A DNA stretch of 15,647 nt from an uncultured bacterium (GCA_964510165.1 CAZEBC010000089.1:1-15647); one strand, 5' to 3'; shown: positions 1 to 7,015, counted from the first letter of the stretch. The notes: generated from the sequence alone by a model not told the origin. Made by a program: numbers and translations.

Positions 1-5
1 CCGTC

Positions 6-34
6 TTGAATTCGCGGGCGTCGTGTGTTACCAT
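6..34 (+). promoter_or_regulatory. Putative sigma70-type promoter of the ketopantoate reductase-family gene
   Basis: TTGAAT (6-11), 17-nt spacer, TACCAT (29-34), with an extended -10 TG at 26-27; followed by RBS AAGGAGG and GTG at 63. Confidence 0.55.
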
Positions 35-62
35 GACCGCGCGTGAAAAGGAGGTTTTGTCC

Positions 63-1067
63 GTGAGAATTATCGTCTACGGCGCCGGAGCGATTGGAAG
101 CATCATCGGCGGGTATCTCCACAACAGCGGCCAGGAGACCGTGCTCGTGTGTTCGGAGGCGCATGCCGACGCGATCGCAAGGCGCGACCTCACGATCAAG
201 GGCGTCCAGGGGAATTATCAATTGAAGGTCTCCGCCGTTGCCGATGTGTCGGAGATAGCGTTCCGCGACGACGATTTCATGTTCCTGACGATGAAGACGT
301 TCGACACCGGGGCCGCCATCGAGAGGCTCGGCGAGGCCGCGCGCAGGCTCGCCGTCGTTTGCTTTCAGAACGGCGTCCGAAACGAGGAGTTCGCGGGCGG
401 CAAGTTCGCGCGCGTCTATGGCGGGATAGTGTTCTTCGGTGCGAAATATCTGGAGCCGGGCGTCGTCATTCACACCGCCGACAACAGCCTCGGCGTCGGC
501 CTGTACCCGAAGGGACTCGACGATACCGTCAATGCTCTTTCGAAGGCGCTCACGCAAGCCGGTTTCAGCGTCACGCCCTACCCGAACATCATGGCGGTCA
601 AATGGTCGAAGCTGTTCCGCAACCTCAACAACGCGCTCTTTGCGATCACCAACCTCTCGGTGCTCGAAGGAGTGAAGTACGAGGAATCGCGCTCGATGAT
701 GGCCGACATCCTTGACGAGGCCTACCGCGCCACGCGGGCGGAGGGAATCGAGATTGTCCCGCTGGCGGGCCATCAGCCGCCGGAGAAGATGATCGAGAGC
801 CTTCGCAGGCCCGGCGACCGCGATTTCGAGATTCCCGCCGATGACGAGATGGCGTTGCGCCCGAGCACCTGGCAGGACCTGTATCTGAAGCGCGGCCGGA
901 CCGAGGTCGAGTATTTCAATGGCGAGATCGTCAGGCTCGGCAGGAAACACAACGTCCCGACCCCATTGAATTCGGTGTTGGTCGAGGTTGTCGAGCAAAT
1001 GGCGCGCGAGAAGGTGCCGCCCGGCGCCTACACGGTGAGGCAGCTACGCGAGATGGCAAAAACGTGA
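63..1067 (+). CDS. panE: 2-dehydropantoate 2-reductase (PanE/ApbA) family oxidoreductase
   Basis: Rossmann motif IIVYGAGAIG, MK-T-F-D, QNG, catalytic Lys in WSKLFRN, STWQD, catalytic Glu in TEVEYFNG, and VPTPLN. Start moved to GTG 63 because AAGGAGG lies just upstream. The substrate could differ from ketopantoate. Confidence 0.85.
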   Translation: MRIIVYGAGAIGSIIGGYLHNSGQETVLVCSEAHADAIARRDLTIKGVQGNYQLKVSAVADVSEIAFRDDDFMFLTMKTFDTGAAIERLGEAARRLAVVCFQNGVRNEEFAGGKFARVYGGIVFFGAKYLEPGVVIHTADNSLGVGLYPKGLDDTVNALSKALTQAGFSVTPYPNIMAVKWSKLFRNLNNALFAITNLSVLEGVKYEESRSMMADILDEAYRATRAEGIEIVPLAGHQPPEKMIESLRRPGDRDFEIPADDEMALRPSTWQDLYLKRGRTEVEYFNGEIVRLGRKHNVPTPLNSVLVEVVEQMAREKVPPGAYTVRQLREMAKT

Positions 1068-1068
1068 T

Positions 1069-1815
1069 TTACTGTCCGAACGGGCAGATGCGCTCAAGAT
1101 CAAGCAGCGCCGCCACGCCGGAGATGGTGTTGCCGAAGAATATGAGCGGCTTGCGCGTGGCGGCAAAGCGCGCCCTGATGCCGTCAATCGTGCCGTTGAC
1201 GATGGACGATCCGGTCGCGAGGCCGACCTCGCACCATTCCACCAGGCACGCCGCGTCCGTCCCGCCGTCCCATATCGGCACGCCCCATTTCGACGTCCCG
1301 ATGTTATCGGGGTTCAGGTCAAGCGCGCGGAGGGAATCGGCGCCGAATCTCTTGACAAGCGCCGAGAGGATCGCCGGCTGAAGCCCAATCAGCCCGATGC
1401 GCTTCTTGCCGAATCGCTTCTCGACCTCCGCCACCATCGCCTCCCCGCAGCGCGACGGGTCTTCATTGAGGCAATGGACGGTCCCGCGAGCCTCTCCAAG
1501 ACGGCGCATAATCGCGTTCAAGCCGGCGACAAATATCGCGCGATTGGAGACGCGGCTCAGGTCGAGCCGCAATAGTTCCTGAATCGTGCCTGACCATTCA
1601 GCGGGCTGATCGGTGAACGCCTGGCCGCGCGCGCCCTCGAACTCCGCCTCGATAACGCGCTCTTTCCCCTTCTTGATGACAAAATCCTGCGAAGCGCTCT
1701 TGCCTATCGCTTCATCGGGATGCAGAGGGTGAACGGCGATTTCCTTGCGGCGGTCAACGTCGCGGTCGTTGCAAAGTTGGACAAGTTTTCCACGCGCTTC
1801 TTCAAGAAGTCCCAT
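1069..1815 (-). CDS. DUF364-like (putative heavy-metal chelation, Rossmann-like) protein
   Basis: N-terminal GQAFTD...NRAIFVAGLNA segment; C-terminal Rossmann-like IGLIGLQP...DLNPDNIG and ATGSSIVNGTID...FFGNTISG, matching my recollection of DUF364 proteins. Confidence 0.7.
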   Translation of the reverse strand: MGLLEEARGKLVQLCNDRDVDRRKEIAVHPLHPDEAIGKSASQDFVIKKGKERVIEAEFEGARGQAFTDQPAEWSGTIQELLRLDLSRVSNRAIFVAGLNAIMRRLGEARGTVHCLNEDPSRCGEAMVAEVEKRFGKKRIGLIGLQPAILSALVKRFGADSLRALDLNPDNIGTSKWGVPIWDGGTDAACLVEWCEVGLATGSSIVNGTIDGIRARFAATRKPLIFFGNTISGVAALLDLERICPFGQ

Positions 1816-1845
1816 GATGTGCTCTCATTCATTTGCACGTTTCGG

Positions 1846-2223
1846 CTATTCGAACAATTCTTCCTTCTGCACGCATTTCAATTTCTTGAAGCTCTCGACG
1901 GCTTCGCGGCAAGCCTCGAAGGCAGGCCCGCGCTCGGGCGCCGACACCGCTGCGGCCAGGATGATATCACCGATGGATACTTCTCCGATTCGCCGGATCA
2001 GCAGCACATCTGTCACCGCCCAATTCGCTCGCAGCTTCGCTTCGATGGCCCGAATTTCGTCCTCGAGGCCTGGCTTGGGGGCGAAGCGGATGCCGCGCGT
2101 CGCGCGGCCCGCTACGACCGGCTTTACGACTCCGAAATGAACGACGACCGAGCCCGACCCTTCATGCGATATGCGTTCATAAACCGTCCGGGGCTCGATG
2201 GGGCGTTCAGTCACCTCGATCAT
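1846..2223 (-). CDS. moaE: MoaE (molybdopterin synthase large subunit)-like protein, divergent
   Basis: MIEVTERPI...GSVVVHFGVVK...IRRIGEVSIGD...VSAPERGPAFEACREAVESFKK...KEE follows the MoaE pattern. ATG at 2223 has RBS GAAGGAGAG. Several conserved residues are substituted (see findings). Confidence 0.75.
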   Translation of the reverse strand: MIEVTERPIEPRTVYERISHEGSGSVVVHFGVVKPVVAGRATRGIRFAPKPGLEDEIRAIEAKLRANWAVTDVLLIRRIGEVSIGDIILAAAVSAPERGPAFEACREAVESFKKLKCVQKEELFE

Positions 2224-2286
2224 CGCGTTCCTCTCCTTCTTCGCGGCTCCGCCGCGCTGTATTTGCCTCACCCGGCTTCCGTTAAC

Positions 2287-2315
2287 AAAGTAATGCAAAA
2301 GCCGCAAGATGTCAA
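2287..2315 (-). promoter_or_regulatory. Putative sigma70 promoter for the moaE-like/DUF364 pair
   Basis: Minus strand: TTGACA (2315-2310), 17 nt, TACTTT (2292-2287). Confidence 0.55.
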
Positions 2316-2318
2316 GAC

Positions 2319-2348
2319 TGGACGAAGTTTATGCGTTTGTGATATTAT
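2319..2348 (+). promoter_or_regulatory. Putative divergent sigma70 promoter for the membrane protein gene
   Basis: TGGACG (2319-2324), 18 nt, TATTAT (2343-2348), with extended -10 TG at 2340-2341. Confidence 0.45.
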
Positions 2349-2398
2349 CGACGAAACTTCCTTGTGGTGTCTCGACGGGGGACTGCTCGGAGGAACGC

Positions 2399-3382
2399 AT
2401 GCCGGGAACGGGGTCCGATTTCAAGAAGACCGGTCGCGAAAGCTTCTTCTCATTTCCTCGGATTCTGGCGATCCTGTCGGTCTGCGCGTTTGCGGTGTCG
2501 CCGTTCCTGCCGTGGCTGCAACCGGGGGCCGGGGCAGAGCCGCTCACGTTGCGCGAACTGACCGGCCGGCTGATCCAGGCGGATGCGCTTTCCATAAACC
2601 TCTGGCCGCTTCCCATAGCGCTTGCGGTGATGTTTGTCCTGCCATTGCTCGCCGACCTCAGGACGCTCCGCGCCGTGTACTATCTTCTTCTGATTGAGAT
2701 TGCCGTGGTCGCGGCGACATTTCTCTATCCGAACATACCCGGCGTGCTGCTGAGGGCAGGCCTGACGGTTCATGAATTGGGCTATGGTTTTTACGTGTTC
2801 ATTGGCGCGTTCGTCCTGCTCGTGTGGTCGGCCTTTTCCACGCTCTGGCAGAGCCGTCTCGGCATCGCAGTGCTCACGCTCATGGTGGTCTTCACCGCAC
2901 TCATCATCGGCGGTTATCTGACGTCGTGGTTCGGATATCTAAGGGGCGAGCCAAGGATTTGGGGCGAGCAGTACGAGGCAAGGGCGCCGGAAGGACCGGC
3001 GCTTGGAGTCCGCCTGAACGTGCTCAATGAGGGCTGGGGCGACATGAAACTGGCGCTCCCCTCGAAGGAAAAGACGCCCGAGGTGGACTATATCATTTCC
3101 GCCCAGCGCTACTACCGCATCGGCGAATACTGGGCCGACGTGCCGATAGAGAAACTGCTTGCGCCCGAATCGGGTAAGCAGTTGCCGGCCGAATTGAAGC
3201 CGGGCGGCATTGTCGAACTGGAACTCACGTTCGGCCCGCTCACACGAGCCGCGGATGTATATGCCTTCCCCGTCATCGGCGCTTCCGGAACGTACCGAAT
3301 CCTGATAACCGACCCTGCCGGAAAGCCTTTTACGGAGCACAGGATCGAGGTTCCCCCCGCCGCCGGAAAGCGTACCGACTGA
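2399..3382 (+). CDS. Hypothetical membrane protein (about 5 N-terminal TM helices plus a soluble beta-rich C-terminal domain)
   Basis: ATG 2399 with RBS GGAGGA. Hydrophobic stretches ILAILSVCAFAVSPFLPW, LWPLPIALAVMFVLPLL, VYYLLLIEIAVVAATFL, GYGFYVFIGAFVLLVW and LGIAVLTLMVVFTALIIGG. The C-terminus (LNVLNEG...LKPGG...GTYRILI) looks like an Ig-type sandwich (inference). Confidence 0.75.
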   Translation: MPGTGSDFKKTGRESFFSFPRILAILSVCAFAVSPFLPWLQPGAGAEPLTLRELTGRLIQADALSINLWPLPIALAVMFVLPLLADLRTLRAVYYLLLIEIAVVAATFLYPNIPGVLLRAGLTVHELGYGFYVFIGAFVLLVWSAFSTLWQSRLGIAVLTLMVVFTALIIGGYLTSWFGYLRGEPRIWGEQYEARAPEGPALGVRLNVLNEGWGDMKLALPSKEKTPEVDYIISAQRYYRIGEYWADVPIEKLLAPESGKQLPAELKPGGIVELELTFGPLTRAADVYAFPVIGASGTYRILITDPAGKPFTEHRIEVPPAAGKRTD

Positions 3383-3462
3383 CCCTCGGGTAACCGCCAC
3401 GAACAGCGCAAACGCAAGAGGAGCCAAAACGGTAAGTCCGGGCTCCCCATATATTGCGGCGT

Positions 3463-3795
3463 TTATTCCTGCTTCTCGCTCGGCGCCGGTTCTCCTTGCT
3501 GGTTGCCGACAAACACTTCGTTCATCTTGATCGCATCGGGACGCTGCTCGGCGCCCGGCGGCGTCTCCGGCTTCGCTTTGTGCATGATCGGCGCGAACTT
3601 CTCCGACTCGCCGTTGGTTTTCGTGCCGATCTTGTGCGAGAAGCGGTGGCGTTTGACGACCTTGCCGTCCTTCATCTCCTTGATGTCGTAGTCCACCTGC
3701 GTGGTGTCCATCACCGAGCCGACCTCGGTCACCTGGAACACGGTCGTCTCCATCGTTCCATCTACGAAGGAGACTTTGGTCGTCTCGTCCGGCAC
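3463..3795 (-). CDS. Hypothetical protein (110 aa)
   Basis: GTG start with GAGGG upstream, GC-ending codons on the minus strand, fills the gap convergent with the previous gene. No family recognised. Confidence 0.65.
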   Translation of the reverse strand: MPDETTKVSFVDGTMETTVFQVTEVGSVMDTTQVDYDIKEMKDGKVVKRHRFSHKIGTKTNGESEKFAPIMHKAKPETPPGAEQRPDAIKMNEVFVGNQQGEPAPSEKQE

Positions 3796-3976
3796 ATAGC
3801 CCTCGGGCGGATACCTTTTCTCTCGCCCTTTATCACGTGCTGGGTGATCTCCCTATGCCAGAATTAACCCACAAATTCGTGTGAGGAGCTTTAAAATCTA
3901 ATATCATGCCTAACTGATAATCATTCTGCAACCTAACGAGTTCTACACATTTCGGCCTTGCTCGGGCAAGAGAACC

Positions 3977-4047
3977 ACAGCGCGGCAGAGCCGCAACCAA
4001 AGCCCCTCACCCTGCCCTCTCCCGGTGGGAGAGGGTCGGCGTGAGGG
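3977..4047 (+). repeat. Composite repeat copy A: ACAGCGCGGCAGAGCCGCAACCAAAG plus a CCCTCACC...CCCTCTCCC/GGGAGAGGG palindrome
   Basis: Hairpin CCCTCTCCC-GGT-GGGAGAGGG inside outer CCCTCAC/GTGAGGG arms; near-identical to the reverse complement of 4707-4774. Confidence 0.85.
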
Positions 4048-4083
4048 CGAGTAGTACGGCGCGGGAAAGGGATTTCCGCGAGG

Positions 4084-4587
4084 CTATTTCCTGCGGGGTT
4101 TCGATGCGAGTTTCTTGAAGTGTTTCTTGAGCCTGCGGACGGTTTCGCCGGGGCTCTCGACGATGGTGCGGGTGTCGGAGAGGATGTCCATGAAGCCGGC
4201 CTCGTTGGGGTAGCGCGGGACCACGTGCAGGTGCAGGTGTTCGATGCTGGCGCCCGCCTGTCGCCCGATGTTGAAGCCGATGTTATATCCGACGGGCTGA
4301 TAGGCGACGTCGAGCACATCGAGAGAGAGGTTTTGGAGGGAGCGCATGTCGTCGGCCTCGGCCTTCTTCAGTTCCCTGACGTCGACCACGTGACGGATCG
4401 GGAATAGCATGATGTGGCCGGCGTTGTAGGGGTGGAGATTGGCAGTGGCCACCCAATGCCTGGTTCGATACACTTCGAGTTTCGAGACTTTGGGGTCCTT
4501 CGCGCAGACGGCGCAGAGGATACAATCGACTTTGGGCCTGTCGCCTTTGACGTAGGCCATCTTTGACGGCACGTAGAGTTGTTTCAT
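4084..4587 (-). CDS. HIT-family nucleotide hydrolase/phosphorylase (FHIT/Ap4A-type)
   Basis: CILC, NLHPYNAGHIML, GYNIGFNIGRQAGASIE and the histidine triad HLHLHVVPR. Confidence 0.92.
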   Translation of the reverse strand: MKQLYVPSKMAYVKGDRPKVDCILCAVCAKDPKVSKLEVYRTRHWVATANLHPYNAGHIMLFPIRHVVDVRELKKAEADDMRSLQNLSLDVLDVAYQPVGYNIGFNIGRQAGASIEHLHLHVVPRYPNEAGFMDILSDTRTIVESPGETVRRLKKHFKKLASKPRRK

Positions 4588-4633
4588 CGCTAGTACTCAA
4601 CCTCGAGATTGTGAATTTTCGTCGTGAGTGTCT

Positions 4634-4669
4634 CCCTCACCCCAACCCTCTCCCACTGGGAGAGGGTGA
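4634..4669. repeat. REP-like palindrome copy B
   Basis: CCCTCACCCCAACCCTCTCCC-ACT-GGGAGAGGGTGA; 10-bp perfect stem at 4645-4667. Confidence 0.85.
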
Positions 4670-4706
4670 CCGAATTGTCCCGCCAGGGCGGGAGAAGCCT
4701 GCGCTA

Positions 4707-4774
4707 CACCCTAACCCTCTCCCACTGGGAGAGGGTTAGGGTGAGGGGCTTTGGTTGCGGCTCTGCCACGCTGT
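4707..4774 (-). repeat. Composite repeat copy C (inverted relative to copy A)
   Basis: Perfect 17-bp stem CACCCTAACCCTCTCCC-ACT-GGGAGAGGGTTAGGGTG (4707-4743), followed by AGGGGCTTTGGTTGCGGCTCTGCCACGCTGT. Confidence 0.88.
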
Positions 4775-4779
4775 CTCCC

Positions 4780-5982
4780 TCATGCTGGCGGCAGTTGGCT
4801 CCACCACGCGCGCCATCGCGCGGGATTTTCACCGTACAACGGCCCACCCTCGGTGAGCCGGGCGTCACTGTCGCCGATGGAAGACATCTCGACGGTCTGC
4901 TTTTCCTTGCCGGCGAGGGGCGACAGTTTTCGGACCATTTCAATATGCTTGCGCAATTTCTCCAGAGCATTGGCCGTTGTCGCCCGCACCTTGGGATCGG
5001 AGTCTTCCAGGGCATTGATGAGCGCGGGCAGGGCTTGTTCGGCGCGGAGCTTGCCGAGGGCTTCGGCGGCCGCCTCGCGAACTTCGGGGCTTGGGTCTTC
5101 GAGCGTCCTCATGAGGGTGGGCGCGGCCGAGAGATTCCCCAACTTTCCGAGCGTGTCGACCACCCAGAGCTTTGGGTAACGGATATCATCGACGGCCGCC
5201 ACGAGTGTTTCGGCGACGGACGGGTCGCCGACGTCGCCGAGGGCCTTGATGACCGCCTCGCGCACCGCGAACGTCTCGTCGGTGAGCGATTTCACCAGGA
5301 ACTTTGTGGCCAGTCGGTTGCCGGTGCGCCCGAGCGTGTGCGCGGCGAGCACGCGGACCCGGCTGTCCTCGTGCTTGAGGTAGCGGGCGATCCCTTCGAT
5401 CATCTTGTCGTCGGCCAGCCTGACGATGGCCCTGACGACCGAATTGCGGAGCGTGGGGTCGGCCGTGTCGAAGTAACCCAGGAGCACTTTGGCGGAGTCG
5501 GGGACTCCCAGCATGCCCAACGCTTCGGCGGCGGCCGCCTTCACTTTGACTTCAGGGTCTTCCTTCAAAGCGGCGACGAGCGGCGCCGCCGCTGTCTGTC
5601 CGCCAAACAGGCCGAGCAGGTCGGCCGCGAGCTCGCGTTCCTGGGCGGAGTCGCTCTTCAATCGATCTTGCAACGTATCAACCTTGATCGCCTGCTCATT
5701 GGCGATATATATCAGAAGGGCCGACCCCACGAAAATGCGGTCGCCGTCCTCGAGCTTTTTGAGCGTCACCTTGTTGCCGTTGACGAACAGGCCATTGGTG
5801 CTGTCGAGGTCAACGACGGTGCATTCTTCTCCATCATAGACAATCTGGCAATGGCGGCTGGAGGCAAATCGGTTGTTTACGACGATCTTGTTCTTGCTTG
5901 AGCGGCCTATGCTGAACATGCCTTGCGGAACGGTCACGCTCCGGGTTTCAAGACCTTTTTCTTTTATGATTAATCGAGGCAT
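4780..5982 (-). CDS. FHA domain plus HEAT (PBS-lyase/HEAT_2-type) repeat protein
   Basis: FHA signature IGR...SSRH...DLDSTNGLFVNG with the pThr-binding R, S, H and N residues intact. About 7-8 repeats of the type L-D-x-x-P-x-V-R-x-x-A-A-x-A-L-G, ending in WRAWW. Confidence 0.9.
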   Translation of the reverse strand: MPRLIIKEKGLETRSVTVPQGMFSIGRSSKNKIVVNNRFASSRHCQIVYDGEECTVVDLDSTNGLFVNGNKVTLKKLEDGDRIFVGSALLIYIANEQAIKVDTLQDRLKSDSAQERELAADLLGLFGGQTAAAPLVAALKEDPEVKVKAAAAEALGMLGVPDSAKVLLGYFDTADPTLRNSVVRAIVRLADDKMIEGIARYLKHEDSRVRVLAAHTLGRTGNRLATKFLVKSLTDETFAVREAVIKALGDVGDPSVAETLVAAVDDIRYPKLWVVDTLGKLGNLSAAPTLMRTLEDPSPEVREAAAEALGKLRAEQALPALINALEDSDPKVRATTANALEKLRKHIEMVRKLSPLAGKEKQTVEMSSIGDSDARLTEGGPLYGENPARWRAWWSQLPPA

Positions 5983-5991
5983 GATTTGTCG

Positions 5992-6043
5992 GTTTCTGGT
6001 CTCGGGTTTCGAGTTTCGGGTTGAAACTCAGACTAACGAAACC
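5992..6043. repeat. Heptamer tandem repeat (GTYTCNR x4) with inverted partner arms
   Basis: Units GTTTCTG, GTCTCGG, GTTTCGA, GTTTCGG (5992-6019). GAGTTTC/GAAACTC form a hairpin (6011-6029), and GGTTTCG is complementary to CGAAACC (6037-6043). Confidence 0.6.
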
Positions 6044-6086
6044 AATGCTTATACTATTTTGCGCTTGAGTAGTATGGATTCAAAGC

Positions 6087-6108
6087 AAAGGAGGTTCAGC
6101 CACAGAGG
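6087..6108 (+). repeat. 22-bp direct repeat, copy 1
   Basis: AAAGGAGGTTCAGCCACAGAGG; 20/22 identical to 6430-6451. Confidence 0.7.
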
Positions 6109-6131
6109 CATCTGAGAACGCCTTCTTCTTT

Positions 6132-6275
6132 CTAGTCAGTCGCCTGCTTCTGGAAGTCCTCGAAGGTCTGGCGCTGCTTGCCGCGCGTGCCGAAGAAATC
6201 GGATGAGTCCATCCACCTGTAAACTCCGTAGGCGATCGCGGCTAACACTGCGATAATAATGAGTTTACGAATCAT
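6132..6275 (-). CDS. Small single-pass membrane protein, 47 aa (not in the ORF track)
   Basis: Manual translation MIRKLIIIAVLAAIAYGVYRWMDSSDFFGTRGKQRQTFEDFQKQATD*. ATG 6275, TAG 6134-6132, purine-rich GGGGAAGG upstream, consensus promoter about 60 nt upstream. Confidence 0.75.
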   Translation of the reverse strand: MIRKLIIIAVLAAIAYGVYRWMDSSDFFGTRGKQRQTFEDFQKQATD

Positions 6276-6337
6276 GATGCGCCTTCCCCGCCTCGCCGGT
6301 GTTGCTATGGGCAGCCCGTTTGAACTCTCAGTTCCTC

Positions 6338-6367
6338 ATTATAGTGCTCCGCCCGAAGATGTGTCAA
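6338..6367 (-). promoter_or_regulatory. Consensus sigma70 promoter for the 47-aa ORF
   Basis: Minus strand: TTGACA (6367-6362), 18 nt, TATAAT (6343-6338). Both hexamers match consensus perfectly. Confidence 0.8.
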
Positions 6368-6399
6368 CCGGCCGGACTCGCGGAGCGAGAGGGGAGGAG

Positions 6400-6434
6400 C
6401 GAAGGACGAAGGGCGAAGGATGAAGTACGAAAGG
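6400..6434 (+). repeat. Heptamer tandem repeat (about CGAAGGA x5)
   Basis: Units CGAAGGA, CGAAGGG, CGAAGGA, TGAAGTA, CGAAAGG. Confidence 0.65.
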
Positions 6435-6451
6435 AGGCTTAGCCACAGAGG
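6430..6451 (+). repeat. 22-bp direct repeat, copy 2
   Basis: AAAGGAGGCTTAGCCACAGAGG; 20/22 identical to 6087-6108. Confidence 0.7.
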
Positions 6452-6671
6452 GCGGGGAGGTTCCAGAGAGACTTGTTAGAGCCTACCTCACCGGCGGAGC
6501 CTGAATTTGGTCCGAAACGCGCGTAATATCTATATGCAACTATAGCTACTATTATGAATATGAATGTGTAGGCCTGACCCTACTGACTTCGGAGAGGCAA
6601 GAATCGAAAAGAAAATGTCGGATTCCAAAGATTTGTCGGCAAAGGTGCGGGTGGAGCGCTGCAGCCTGTTT

Positions 6672-6995
6672 CTATTTGTTCCCGAACAGTTTTCCCCAGA
6701 CGTCTCTGCTCCTGGCTTGGGCGTCGGTTTCTTTTTGGGGGCCTTTGTCTTCCGCGAACTCGAACTCGTCACAGAAGTTTGCCTTTTCCTTGTCGAGCAC
6801 AAGTTCGGTGGTGCGAGACCTGCACTGGTTGGGAGCGTTTGGGTCGTAGAGCTTGCAGTTGAGGCAGCAGTGCAGGTCGCGTCCGCATGTCGCGCAAGTT
6901 TCGGTGCGGGACGGGTGGCGCTGTTCAGAGACCCATGCGGCGCCGCAGTTGTGGCAGAGTTTCAATGGAGTCAGTCCTTCCTGGGAGTTGCCCAA
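6672..6995 (-). CDS. Cys-rich putative zinc-binding conserved hypothetical protein
   Basis: CHNC...CATC..DLHCCLNC.LYD.....C......V.DKEKANFCDEF...LFG. TTG start with GGAGGA 8 nt upstream and its own promoter. Confidence 0.8.
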   Translation of the reverse strand: MGNSQEGLTPLKLCHNCGAAWVSEQRHPSRTETCATCGRDLHCCLNCKLYDPNAPNQCRSRTTELVLDKEKANFCDEFEFAEDKGPQKETDAQARSRDVWGKLFGNK

Positions 6996-7015
6996 TGGTT
7001 CGGTCCTCCGAGATC

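Noticed and set aside
6-62. Upstream TTG/ATG starts for the first gene (likewise 2307 for the moaE-like gene and 2309 for the membrane protein)
   Set aside because: These extensions run through predicted promoters; the downstream starts have clear RBSs, and for the panE-like and moaE-like genes they match family N-termini.
3420-3450. GGAGCC...GGCTCC stem between convergent genes as a terminator
   Set aside because: Short 6-bp stem with a 15-nt loop and no convincing U-tract.
3845-3913. sigma54-like -24 boxes (CTGGCAT, TAGGCAT on the minus strand) upstream of the orphan gene
   Set aside because: Neither has GC at the required GG-N10 spacing (TC and GA instead).
4634-4743. Two similar repeats separated by a ~37-nt spacer, resembling a mini-CRISPR
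   Set aside because: Only two non-identical units, the same motif is dispersed elsewhere in the window, and there are no cas genes.
4624-5901. 425-aa plus-strand ORF
   Set aside because: Antisense shadow of the FHA-HEAT gene. Its start (LTPTLSHWER twice) is translated repeat DNA.
6520-6570. AT-rich tract as a possible ncRNA or origin-like element
   Set aside because: No stable structure, iterons or DnaA boxes recognised.
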